Positions 50,994 through 62,694 of a stretch of 64,000 bases of DNA are shown here, in pieces. Under the pieces are notes generated by a model that did not search any database, had not been told where the DNA came from, and worked only from the letters and a program-made list of their open reading frames with translations. The position numbers were made by a program, and so were the translations under genes. Source of the DNA: Macrostomum lignano (lineage: Eukaryota); NCBI GenBank assembly GCA_002269645.1, contig NIVC01000544.1:481167-545166 (forward strand). The letters are read 5' to 3'. Every line of letters starts with the position of its first letter. Positions within the stretch are counted from its first letter, which is position 1.

Positions 50994-51790
50994 TGTGGTA
51001 GGGCACCTTTTATTATTCTCTAAATCCCACCGCAATCACCAAGTTGTGGGAGGTGGATTTAATTATTATAACTATCCCACCGATGCACCAAGTTGTTACC
51101 GGTCTCTACTGTTATTGAATTTTATCTCACTGTGCCACCAAGTTGTTGAAGGGGGGGGGGTTTGGCTGTAATTCTAGAATTTTATTATATTAGCTTATTG
51201 AATTCGTTATGAACTAAAATACGATGTTACTGAGGTAAGGCTATGGGCTTTCATGTAAGCACGGATTGCCCTGGTAGCGCGCAATGCCCAAGCGGCAAGA
51301 CACTGTTCAGCTAGGGGGGGAGGGGGATGACTAAGTCCTAAAGCAGCGTCCTCCAATGGATCGAGTTTGCCCGGTGAATTTCAATTTCCTCTTATGGATT
51401 TTCTTTTGTCATATACGACTTTCCATTGGTTGTTCAGTTCGAACAGTTTATTTGGATATTTCTCCCTTTTCAATTGGCTCTCTACGCCTTTACTGTTCGC
51501 GGTTCCACTATTGGCTTTTAGACTGTTTGTCTTTTGCTCTTGGTAATTTCTACCTCTTGTCCAATGAGCATTCGCTCTCAGCTTTTGGCAAATAAGGAAG
51601 ACTTTGAAAGATTCTTCAAATTTTGTTAGGCAAATCGCCTATGAACCTGAAAACTCGGTTGCCTCTCTGGGCGCTGAATTCCCTTCTATTTATACGAAAA
51701 TTGGGGTGGGGACGGGTGCATTCAAACAAAATTCTACAAACTTCATAGTTACTAAGAAAACGGCAGGGATTCAAAACTTGGCCTCTCTCA
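50994..51790 (-). repeat. 3' LTR of the Gypsy element (797 bp)
   Basis: Direct repeat of 60149-60944. Confidence 0.95.
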
Positions 51791-51803
51791 ACTGGCTTCC
51801 CTA
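51791..51803 (-). promoter_or_regulatory. Polypurine tract candidate
   Basis: Minus-strand AGGGAAGCCAGT immediately precedes the 3' LTR TG. Short and imperfect. Confidence 0.5.
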
Positions 51804-52458
51804 AGGATAATTTTCGAATAAGAGAAAATAAAAGTGAGAAAATTATTCTACTCATTACTATCAGTAGTAAAAAAGGTGCAATAAAGTAATTAATGATAGA
51901 GCTAGATAAACAGACACAAAAATAAAACTTGTTTAGAAATAGGTGCACATAAAGTGTAGGCATAATCGTAGATAGAATATGAAAGCATATAAAAATTAAG
52001 CGGTACTCGCAGTTTCGAAAATTAAGCAATAAATGTGATAGATTAATCGCCAAGCTAAGTATGAAGTTGCAAACTAGAATTTGTTGATACATGCTTAGGG
52101 ATTAAAATGAGTGTAAGATAAAATTTGTAAGCATAGGTGTGAAAGTGCATTTCTTTATGTAGGAGAGAGCATTTATGCTCATCTGGCGGATAAGTAGACA
52201 AAATCGTCGATGAGTACTAGTATACTAATTGAACAACTGTGCATAATTGCTTGCATAAAAATCAAACTATAAAAATGTAGCGCGTTGCAGGCATAAAGTC
52301 AACTAAGTATTATTTCAAAGCACCATAGAATAATAATTCAAGCAATTGAGTATTAAACTGACATAGATAAACATTAAGCTCACACGTCTATGAAATGATC
52401 TGTAATATTGTAAGTAAGTAAACCTATGCTAGCATCACTGGCATTAATAGTTCATATC

Positions 52459-54042
52459 TCACTCCATGTCGAACTCCTCCGGCAGCGGTCCTCCCCAGTC
52501 AAGAATCTTGGCCATCCACCTCACCTCAATTCGGAGAAGGGTGGCATAGTACGGCTGGCCAGCCGCACATAACGCCTGCAGCGCGTAGGCAACTGCCCGC
52601 CTCCAAGCGGCAATTGCCTACTCCTGCGAATAACTGTTGGTGAGCAGAGTTAGAACCGGCTGCACATGGGCTCTCTGTGGTAGAGCGCGATCCAATCTGA
52701 CGTTCGCAATGCGCATGAGGTATGCCTTAATCAGGGCAATCTTTTTCTTGAAATGGGCGTGCCGCTCTTCTGGCATCTCGCTCAGAATGCGGCTTAGGTT
52801 GGCGCCAAGCCCGTTCTCGTCGATGGGGCGCGGGAACTGTCTCCGCTCCGGTTGCTGTTGATATTGAGGCTGGCTCACGGCGCAAGCCCCTGTCTTCCAG
52901 TCATTTGCTTGCGGGTAGATCATTGTCTGACGCGGCGGATAGGAGGCCGATTGTGAAGCCTGCGGTTGTTGTTGCAGCAGAGGTAGCGACGCTTGCGGCT
53001 GCGCCTGTTGCGACCATACCAGCGGTTGTGGCTGTGGTTGCTGCTGCGGTTGCGGCGGCTGCGGCGGCTGCGGCTGCGTCAACGGCTGCGGCGGCTGCGG
53101 CTGCGGCTGCGTCAACAGCTGCGGCGGCGGCTGCGGTTGCGGCTGCGTCTGCAGCTGCGGCTGCGGCTGCGTCTGCGGCTTTGGCTGTCGCCGAGCCGGC
53201 TGCCGGCGGGGCGCTGATGATGACTTCCTCCGTGATGCCGTTGACTCCTGTCGAGCCGATCTCGCTTTCGGCGGGGATGTTCGCACCGGTCGTTGCTGCT
53301 GTGGTGGAGGCCTTGGCAAGATCCGCCGCACTGCGGGGCCAAGACGCAGCATTACCGTCGAATTTGCGGCCTCTGGGTGCCTCTTGGCAACATCAGGGCT
53401 GTCGATGACTCTGGCCGCCTGCCGTTGCAGGATGGCAGCACGATTCTCAACAGCCTGAGACACCGGGATTCGTGACGTAGCAGTCTTCTTGAACTGTACC
53501 GGGGCTCGCACTGGTGACCCGACTCGCTTGACCACCGACCGTAACCGGGCTCCGGGCTTAGTCGGCAGTGTGCGCTGTCTTTCGGGCACCTCTAAGTCTC
53601 GGTCACCTCAAATCGGTGGGCGTTTCGAAACAGTGCTCTGGTTGTCATTGGCCGCGTCGCCCTGCTTGCCTGCAATAGCGCCGGCTTCAGTGCCCGTTCT
53701 GGCTGGTGCCCACACAACAGTGCCAGCGTTGGCGGTTGCAATCGTGCCAGAGTCGGCCAGTACAGGGGTGCCAGATTCGGCAGATGCGGCTGTGCGAGGT
53801 TCGGCGGTTGCTGATGTGCCAGGTTTGGCAATTGTGCCAGATTCGGCGGTTGCTGATGTGCCAGGTTCGGCAATTGTGCCAGATTCGGCAATTGTGCCAG
53901 ATTCGGCAATTGTGCCAGATTCGGCGGTTGCTGATGTGCCAGGTTCGGCAGTCGCTACCACTACTTCCTCCTGGAGATCGAACGGGTCGTCCAAACTCAG
54001 GAGCTAGTTGAGCAAGAAAAATTCGTCTTCTTGATCACTCAT
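52459..54042 (-). pseudogene. Gypsy accessory ORF3 (~527 codons, one frame, three in-frame stops), not env-like
   Basis: ATG at 54042 (MSDQEDEFFLLN*LLSLDDPF); stops at 54004-6, 53608-10 and 52618-20; natural TGA at 52459. Contains acidic TAESG repeats, a basic/Ser-Arg segment, a Pro/Gln linker and a non-repetitive C-terminal ~130 aa. Confidence 0.7.
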
Positions 54043-54074
54043 AGCTGTTTCCGAAATTCTCGGTATCTCTGCAA

Positions 54075-54305
54075 ATATGTGAGGCTTCCGGGGCGTCAGG
54101 GGCCTCGCTTATATAGGCCTCTCCGGGGGGGTCCCAGGAAAGGGATCGTGGCCTCTGATTTGCTTAGACAGCCAATTTCCCAACGTGCTCTCATTGGCTC
54201 TCCGCACCCAACTTCTCTCTTCCAATGGGATTGCTTCCTCACGCCTTTGCGCCTGTGCGCGCCTTCCTTCTGCTTCCCGTCTCTCAATAGGTCAGATTGG
54301 GCAAT
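54075..54305 (-). promoter_or_regulatory. Candidate internal Pol II promoter upstream of ORF3
   Basis: Minus strand: CCAAT boxes (~54300, ~54197), CCTATATAAG (TATA at 54109-54115) and Inr-like CTCACAT ~30 nt downstream, ~40 nt before the ATG. Confidence 0.5.
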
Positions 54306-57300
54306 AGGCGCCACACTGTAATCAGCCTTTTCAGATAGCACAAGCATCTGTTCAGGGGCTTAATCTGACTACGAGTGTTGTACCTCTTCTCAGGTCTAGG
54401 CGCCTCTTCGGTAATCTTGTTTGCCTCTTGCTCAGGTTCGAGCTCTTCTCTTTCTTCCTCTTGCATTGGTTCTGCTTCTTCTACTTCACTGCCTTCTTCC
54501 TCAAAAATCTCACTATCAGACTCACTTGATACTTCATCCTTGCTTTCACTTTCTGGCTCTAAATTATCATTGTCTCGGAGATTGCATTGCCAATTCAGGC
54601 GGTCTTCATCTTCCGATTCTTCATATTCTTCTATCTCTTCCCTCCGGGGGTGGCATCCCTTAACTTTTGCTTCTGCGGTGCTGCGCTGGCTTCCCTTAAC
54701 TTTAGGTTCTCTCGCAATCGCAGTTTTGTCTAACTGGCTGGCGGCAATTTCTTTAACTGAATTTGGCACTACAGCTAAATTGTCCCTATGCACTAACAAC
54801 TCTTTCCCTTCTAGCTTTCCTTCTTCCTCCTTCTGCACCTTAAATACTACTTCTGAAATTTGCTTCAAAACTCGGTATGCTGATCTTCGCTGTCTATGGA
54901 ATTTATGCGACTCCTCGTTATCTAGCTGCGGGTTATTAATAAGCACTAAACTTCCTAACGGTACTTCCTTTGGCAGTTTGCTAGTTTCAGCAGCGGTCTG
55001 TCTTTGGTTTATCACCTTTTCCAATTTCTCTTTTACGAGTTTCTGGGCGACATTTAGTCTTTCGGCATGTTCGGCAACATAGGATGGATAGCCTGCGTAG
55101 TGCTTTGGGTCCTTGATCTGATTGTCCATAGGTAACACGGCTTCCCTTCCAAATAACAGGAAATGGGGTGTGAAACCTGTTGTCTGATTGATACTGGTTC
55201 GGACAGCAACTAGCGCAGCTGGAATCATTAGATCCCAGTTATTGTGGTCTTTCTTGATAAGGCAGGTAATAATAGACTTGATCTGCTTATTGAACCTTTC
55301 TACCAAGCCGTTGCTCTGGGCATGGTAGGGGGTAGTGAATGTCTGCTTGACATTATAGAGTTCACAGAAAGCCTTGAACTGTCTGCTGGGGAATGTTTTA
55401 CCATTATCGGTATGAATCCAGTGGCACTGTCCATACTCACTGAAGATTCTCTCCTGCAGGATTTTAATGACAGTGTCTGATTTCTGGTTGCGGATCGGAA
55501 AGGCAAAGGGGTATCGCGTGGTGCTATCAACCACTGTGAGCACATATCGATGCCCTCTTCTACTCTGCTTGGATATTGGCCCGATTATGTCAATATGGAG
55601 GCGGTGAAATGGCTCGCTGATAGGGAAGGACTGGATGGGGGCTTGGACCTTGTGTCCTCGTTTGCTTTCCAGGCAGGGTATACATTCAGAGATGTACTTC
55701 TCAACTGCCGTGTTCAGACCGGGTCTCCAAAATCTCTCGCGGACTTTCTGGATGGTCTTGTCTCTGCCTAAGTGTCCAGCTAGTGGGCTATCGTGGAGAT
55801 CGCCAAGAACTAGCCTGTCTAATGACTCTGGCAGGACAACCTTCCAATTTTCGTCCTCTTTCACGATTAACAATTCGTTTTCAATTCTCATAGCCTCATA
55901 GGCTTTGCACATTTGCTTTAACAGCGGGGGTTGGTTCTCTGGGGCACTGGGATTTCAACTTTCGCACATTTCCATTGCACGAGGGTTCGGATCGAGGGGT
56001 CCTCTCTCTGGGCATTAACAATTTGGTCACGCTTCAGCGGGACGGGGAGGTAGTCAGTCAAGAGCTTATCGACTCTTCGCACCTCGCTCTCTTGTTCGTG
56101 TTTGGACATTACAGGGATTTGGCTCGATTGCGCAAGGCTCAAGCTCAGTGGCTCCAAATTGTTATCCTGAACACAATTACAAGGGGGAGAGGGCTGGGGG
56201 ACTGAATGGCATGGGGGCTGGGCGGCTAAATGGTTCAGCGAGAGGGGGGTTGGAGCAGGACAGTCGGGTATTGAGTCCTCAACTGGCAGCTGGGCCTGGC
56301 TTGTACAGCTGTCCTCTGCCTTTGCCTTCTGACTCAGTTCGGCCAATTCGGCTCTGTTGGGGGAGGGAAATTCTGGGTTGGCATTATCGCCTTTAGTCAC
56401 CAATTCAGTGTTTGACTTATCACTCTGGCCTGTTTCGGCTGTCTCCGTGGGTCTCCTAGACAAGCTGTCCGCGTTGGTATGCTTGGCGCCACTTCTGTGT
56501 TCAATGTCAAACTGAAACTCAGTCAGGCGCTCAATCCAACGTCCTAAGATACCCTGGGCTTCAGTCTGCCATAGCAACCAGAGGATTGCTTTATGGTCAG
56601 TTCGGGCGAGAAATCTTTTTCCGATCAAATAGAAACGAAAATGTCTCATAGCGTCTACAAGTGCTAACAACTCCTTTCAAGTGATAGGGTAGCACTTTTC
56701 CGACTCTTTCATTGCGCGGCTAAAGTACGCAATAGGCCTTTCAATACCATCGGACTGGATCTGACCTAAACGGGCCCCAATCCGTCCTTCACTGGCATCG
56801 GTATCCAGAACCATTTTGACATTTTTGTCATCTACGAATTCAGGATACGCAAGCACCTCTGTTGACATCATGCGCTGTTTTAATGATTCAAAAGCCTTAT
56901 CATGCACATCTGTCCATTTTGCTGAGAAATTTTGCACTCCCTTTCGGGTGAGCTGGAACAGTGGGTGCGCGGCTTCAGCATAGTTTTTCACGAATCGACT
57001 GTAATAATTACACAGTCCTAAAAAGCTACGTAGCTCTTTCACCTCTTTCAGTTTAGGCCAGCTTTTGATCGCTTCGATCTTTGCTTCGTCACTTCGAATA
57101 CCATCTCTACCTATCACGTGGCCTAAATACTTCAGCTCTCTATGGAACAAATTGCACTTTTTCGCTCTAAGCTTCAATCCGGCATTGATTAGTCTCTGGA
57201 AAACTTCTTTCAAATGGGACAAATGGTCTTCGAACTGTTTTGAATAAGTGACAATATCGTCAATATAGGACATAGCAAACTTGTGCTGAATTCCAGCGAG

Positions 57301-58760
57301 TACTAAGTTCATTAGCCTCTGAAAGGTACCGGGAGCATTGGATAGTCCCTGCGCCATCACCTGGTACTCAAACTGTCCTCTAGTCAGGGTGGAGAAAGCT
57401 GTCATGAACTTATGTTCTTCCTTAATTGGGACCTGCCAATAGCCTGAGTTAAGATTGAGGCTACTGAAGAATTGGCTTCCTGTGAGATTAGAGAAGGTTT
57501 CTTGGATGTTTGGGAGAGGGTAGGGGAAATAGTTCACTCGCGAGTTTAACACTCGGAAATCGTTGACAATGCGAATGGTGCCATCTTTCTTTGGCACGAT
57601 GACTAGTGGGGTGGAATAGGTGGAATAGCAGGGACGGATGAGATTTTTCGCTAGCATATCGTCTAGCTGGGCGTCGACCTGCTTTTGGAGATGGGGAGGA
57701 ATTCGGCGAGTAGGGATTCTCACAAGGGGTCTCGTCTTTCAAAGAAATTTCTTGGGTCACTAAATGAGTTAGCCCCATATCGAGGTCATTTTGAGAGAAA
57801 GCTTCTCGATGCTCTTTTACTAATGCTACTACTGCTGCTCTCTGTTCAGTAGTCAAATCAGTACCAATGCTAATTTCACTCACCCTTTCTTCTTCAGTGG
57901 CTTGGACCTGATTGACACGGGCTGAGTCTTGTACTTCCGCTGATGGCTGCTGATCAGATGTCGGTGCTGACCAATAGAGCAGATCTTTGGCCTTCATGGG
58001 CTTAGCGAGCCCTACCAATGCAGATTTGGGCAACCTGACTTCAATGGGGTGCCAATTCACAATTTCGACGACTGCGGCGCCCTGCTGCATGGTGACCAGA
58101 GTCGGGATCATTTCATCGTTAGCTCTTTGGCTCTTACGCCATCACCAATTGTTTCTATGTCATTGGAGCGCCATAGTTAGCTTCGGCATTCTCCACCAGT
58201 CTAACTGGAATGCGCAGTGCGCTATTCGCAGGGATAATTGCCTTTTCTTGAGTGTACACTCTGCAGACTCGTACAGGCATGTGCGTGTACTGCATAGGTA
58301 TGCAGGCTCCTTCTTTTAGGATCAGCATCCCTTTTGTCAGATGAATGCTTTCGCACTGCTCAAGAAAGAATTCCATTCCCAAAATGTTGTCACATTCGTG
58401 GCCACATAATAGGAACATTATTTCAATTCGAATATCTCCAAACTCAACAGCAACGGAAATTTCTCCTTCTAGCTGTACTGTGGCTCCGTCAAAAGTAGAT
58501 ACTCTTCTACTTGTACTCTTGATTTGCTTAGGCTTGAAAATTTTAGACCAGACTGACTTACTCAGGAAATTATTGCTAGCTCCAGTATCTAGCAGGAAGT
58601 CAATCTCTTGGCGATTGATGTTGCCTACTACGATTGCTTCGTAGCTCTTGGGGCTGATTAGCTCGAGTTTGGCATTGGCTGGAGTCTTCTTGGATTTGCG
58701 GCGGCGGTTTCGACGCGACTTCTTGGGCTTGACAGTCATCGCGTGATGACTGAGGTCTCG
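54284..58760 (-). pseudogene. Gypsy pol (protease-RT-RNase H-integrase), broken by frameshifts and a stop
   Basis: PR FLLDTGASNNF; RT PLVIVPKKDGTIRIVNDFRVLN and YIDD; RH DTDASEGRIGARL and LALVDAMRHFRFYLIG; IN HDSPLAGHLG..C..C, HIDIIGP, TDNG, NGLVERFN. Breaks near 58150, 57720, 56672 and 55916. Confidence 0.95.
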
Positions 58761-60052
58761 GCGGTTGACACATTGGGCGAAGTAAGCAATTGGGATGCTG
58801 CGGCAGCAGATGCGGGTGCTGCAGCAGCGGGTGCTGATACTGTAGACATAGATGATGCAGGCATAGTAGACGCAGTTGGTGCAGACATAGTGGACGCAGT
58901 TGGTGCATTTCGCATAGATACAGGGTGCATTTTCGCATTGGGTGCATAAGCATTTCGCTTGCGCCTTTTTACAAGTTGCCATCCTCCGTTTGCTGTATCA
59001 CAAGCGGGTTGGCGGGGATTTTGGGAGGCCTGCATTTCGCTTGGGGTTCTGCTTGAGGGATATGGCCTCGACTTCCGACCCTCGCCATTCAGTTTCCCTG
59101 ATTCAGGTTTCTTGGAGGAAATCGGTGCTGGTTGGGTCTAGCTGATGGTGGCTGAGACTGCGCTGGGAACCTGGGATGCTGGTTCATTAGTGGGGGTGGC
59201 CGTGGCTGATACGCCCTCGGCTGATAGCGCACATGCTGGGGCTAAGAAGCCATTTGCTGATATCGTACAGGCTGAGGCTGTACTATAGCAGGCTGATAAT
59301 GCACTGGCTGAGTAGCCATTGGCTGATACACCTGCACCTTCTCTTTGTGGCTCTCCGCCTGTAGCTCCTGAATGAGTTTTCGCTGCTTTTCCAGCTCCTC
59401 TTTCTGCTTCTTGACGACTTCTGTCAGGCTCTCTTTCTCTCCTTCTTGTCTTTAATCACTCTTACTCCGTTCTTGTGGGACATGTGCCAAGCAGCTTCAA
59501 TGCGCCTCAACATGCGCCTAGCTTCCTGCAGGCTAGCTGGCTGCGCAAAAATCAGCTTCTCCCTTGTATCTGAGGGGATTCTGACACCTTTTATGAATTG
59601 TTCTACCACTTCTTCTTCTCTTTGCTTGGCATTCATGTTTGGGAATGCTCGGCTTGACAGCTCTATCAGGGCATCAGCGAACATGTCGGTCGCCTCATTT
59701 CTTCCCTGCATCCTTCCTCTAAATTCTTCATGAACTCGGAAGCACTTCCTAGCCTACCAAATCTTTCTACAAGCCTATCCTTAAACTCCTCATAGGTCAA
59801 CTCTTCTGGCAAATTCAATCGCTGAACTGCAGCGAAAGCAGTTGACAAGTCCAAATTAGCTACTAACTCAGTTTTCCTATTGGCTACGTCTATTCCTTTG
59901 GCGTCACATCGCTGATCAAAGGCTACCAGCCAGATTCAGATGTCTTGGCTGGGGGTATACTTCTGAATTTTAATATGTCTCATGGGCCCTAGTTCTAATC
60001 TATTCCTCAACTCTTCTGCTAATAGTCCAATAGTATCATTGATTGCTGCCAT
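58736..60052 (-). pseudogene. Gypsy gag, disrupted
   Basis: GCC ATG G at 60052, premature TGA at 59936-8, frameshifts near 59710 and 59430. Capsid-like LTYEEFKDRLVERF and EEVVEQFIKG..REKL..QPASLQEA, then coiled-coil and Gln/Pro-rich segments. Confidence 0.85.
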
Positions 60053-60133
60053 GGCTTATTCCAGTCTATAATTTCTCTTTGTCAATTCGACTTTTTCAGC
60101 AATATCGGTCTTTTCACTGGATCTCGATCCCTT

Positions 60134-60145
60134 CCGCTGCCACCA
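60134..60145 (-). promoter_or_regulatory. Primer-binding site, probably tRNA-Leu
   Basis: TGGTGGCAGCGG lies 3 nt inside the 5' LTR end and is complementary to a tRNA ending ...CCGCTGCCA-CCA, as eukaryotic tRNA-Leu(AAG/TAG) do. Assignment is from recall; the host tRNA set was not seen. Confidence 0.75.
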
Positions 60146-60148
60146 AGT

Positions 60149-60944
60149 TGTGGTAGGGCACCTTTTATTATTCTCTAAATCCCACCGCAATCACCAAGTT
60201 GTGGGAGGTGGATTTAATTATTATAACTATCCCACCGATGCACCAAGTTGTTACCGGTCTCTTTACTGTTATTGAATTTTATCTCACTGTGCACCAAGTT
60301 GTTGAAGGGGGGGGTTTGGCTGTAATTCTAGAATTTTATTATATTAGCTTATTGAATTCGTTATGAACTACTAAAATAAGATGTTACTGAGGTAAGGCTA
60401 TGGGCTTTCACGTAAGCACAGATTGCCCTGGTAGCGCGCAGTGCCCGAGCGGCAAGACACTGTTCAGCTAGGGGGGGAGGGGGATGACTAAGTCCTAAAG
60501 CAGCGTCCTCCAATGGATCGAGTTTGCCCAGTGAATTTCAATTTCTCTTACAGATTTTCTTTTGTCATATACGACTTTCCATTGGTTGTTCAGTTCGAAC
60601 AGTTTATTTGGATATTTCTCCCTCTTCAATTGGCTCTCTACGCCTTTACTGTTCGCAGTTCCGCTATTGGCTTTTAGACTGTTTGTCTTTTGCTCTTGGT
60701 AATTTCTACCTCTTGTCCAATGAGCATTCGCTCTCAGCTTTTGGCAAATAAGGAAGACTTTGAAAGATTCTTCAAATTTTGTTAGGCAAATCGCCTATGA
60801 ACCTGAAAACTCGGTTGCCTCTCTGGGCGCTGAATTCCCTTCTATTTATACGAAAATTGGGGTGGGGACGGGTGCATTCAAACAAAATTCTACAAACTTC
60901 AGTTACTAAGAAAACGGCAGGGATTCAAAACTTGGCCTCTCTCA
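60149..60944 (-). repeat. 5' LTR of the Gypsy element (796 bp)
   Basis: Direct repeat of 50994-51790, followed by the PBS. Confidence 0.95.
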
Positions 60945-62694
60945 CATATAATTTCTTTTTATTAGCACTTTTTGTTTGCTGATGTATTGATGGCTTTTTA
61001 ATTAATGAACCTTTATATTGTGTTTTCTATGAAACAGATCAAATACAAGTTTTACTAGTCTTTTTTAAATAGAAAATTACTGATTTTTGCATTTTTTCTA
61101 AAAGTTGTGGTATAGCCTATTAAAACTTTCTTGATAGGATTTATTCTAATGCAGGCATGTTATGATCTTGACTATGATATGAGACTATAATTGGGCATAT
61201 TTTCTTTGGCATTCTAGATTATTTTCTTGCATTTCTAGATTGACAATTTAGCAATTTGTTTCACTTTCCTGCTTTAGACTAGGCTACTATGCTGTATGGC
61301 TCATTGATTTTTTATTTTGACTTTTAGTTTTTTTCCTTATTATTTTTTTATTCTTTAGACCTACTGGTAAAGCAAAAAATCTAGAAAATAAGGCCTAATT
61401 TAGAGTGGGAAACTAAAGTTAAATAAAAAACAATATAGATAGCATAGGTCTATAGTTAGACTAATAGAATAAGTGCAGGTTGTTTTGGGGACAGACATTT
61501 TGGTAAAAAATATAAATAGTTGTTTTGATAACCTTTGTTTTTTAAAAGGCCATAGTTTGGAAGGCAACATGTATGCTAGGATTTCCTAGTGTATAACAAG
61601 GGTATTAGCCATTTTTAGTGTACATTAGCATATATCCTAGTATATATAACAGTGGAAACAGTTGTCAATAATATATTTGTTTAGTCCCAGTGTACAAACA
61701 AGGTCTCATATTTTTTCTAGCATTCAACCAATTGTATACTAATACACAATATGAACTATGGTAAAAAGGAAATATTTGGTTAATGTCAACTGGTCATTTT
61801 AAATGATAGGCATATAATAATTATAAAGTTAAAATTGATCCATCTAGCTTTGAAGGCTGTCCTGATTGTAGTACTACTTTTCATTATATCTCCTATTCTA
61901 ATGATCTAACTAATATCATTTTGCACAAAATTATAGCAGCAACTCTCTCTATATTAACTTTAATATCTTCAAAATCAGACAATTGAAAACATATAGAAGA
62001 GTTTGACTATAAACTTATAATAAGTCAACAAATCAACAAAAAGTAGGAGCAAAGCAAAAAGTAGCAAGATAAGCAACATATTATGACATGACAATTTAAA
62101 ATTAAGCTATTGTGTGGCAGTTTTTTCTATATTTTAAATAAAAACTTAAATGTAGATTTAGATAAAATAAATATAAATATAAATAAAAAATGATGAAACT
62201 AAGAAAATTGTATTTATACTATATAAACAATGAGTACTTTAGGAAACTTGCCTTAGTAATAAAATGATGCCCTAAAATTGGTATTAGTAAGTTCTTTTTC
62301 ACCACTCCCAAAAAGAAAAGGAAAAATGATGGGTTTTAAAAAAGTTTTTAAGGAAAAAAGGTTCAAGTTTTTAAAATGAAGCCATTTAATTTACTATATA
62401 TCCTTAACCTGGAACACCAGAGCCTGTGCTAGACCGCTGGGCTAGGCCCCCCTCGACTTACCTATGAAAGAAACCAAAGAAAAAGTTTTGGGTAAACATC
62501 AGAATTAATAATCAGTAAATTATTAAGGCTAAATGCCTCATTTACTTAGTACTATATGTGTTTTCTGGTTAGCATTTTTGTGACGTACCTTGGCCAGACT
62601 TCTCACTACCTAGCCAAAACGGCCAGGTTGGTGGGGTGTTGGGCATGCATGTATAAAGGGTAGGCTAGAGATTAGAGGTTAGATGGGAGAAGAA

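Larger units (their letters stand above)
50994..60944 (-). mobile_element. Full-length, decayed Ty3/Gypsy LTR retrotransposon (~9.95 kb) with an extra third ORF
   Basis: LTRs at 60149-60944 and 50994-51790 (TG...CA ends; 11 substitutions and 6 small indels counted by eye); 4-bp TSD CATA on both sides; PBS, PPT, and gag-PR-RT-RH-IN order. Confidence 0.96.

Noticed and set aside
52905-53408. Poly-Ala plus-strand ORF
   Set aside because: Antisense reading of the Pro/Gln linker of Gypsy ORF3.
58760-58982. Cys-rich, metallothionein/zinc-finger-looking peptide upstream of the Gypsy protease (CLCTQCENAPC...CC..CC)
   Set aside because: Most likely the off-frame reading of the Ala/Thr/Ser-rich gag tail (APTASTM...); no CCHC spacing.
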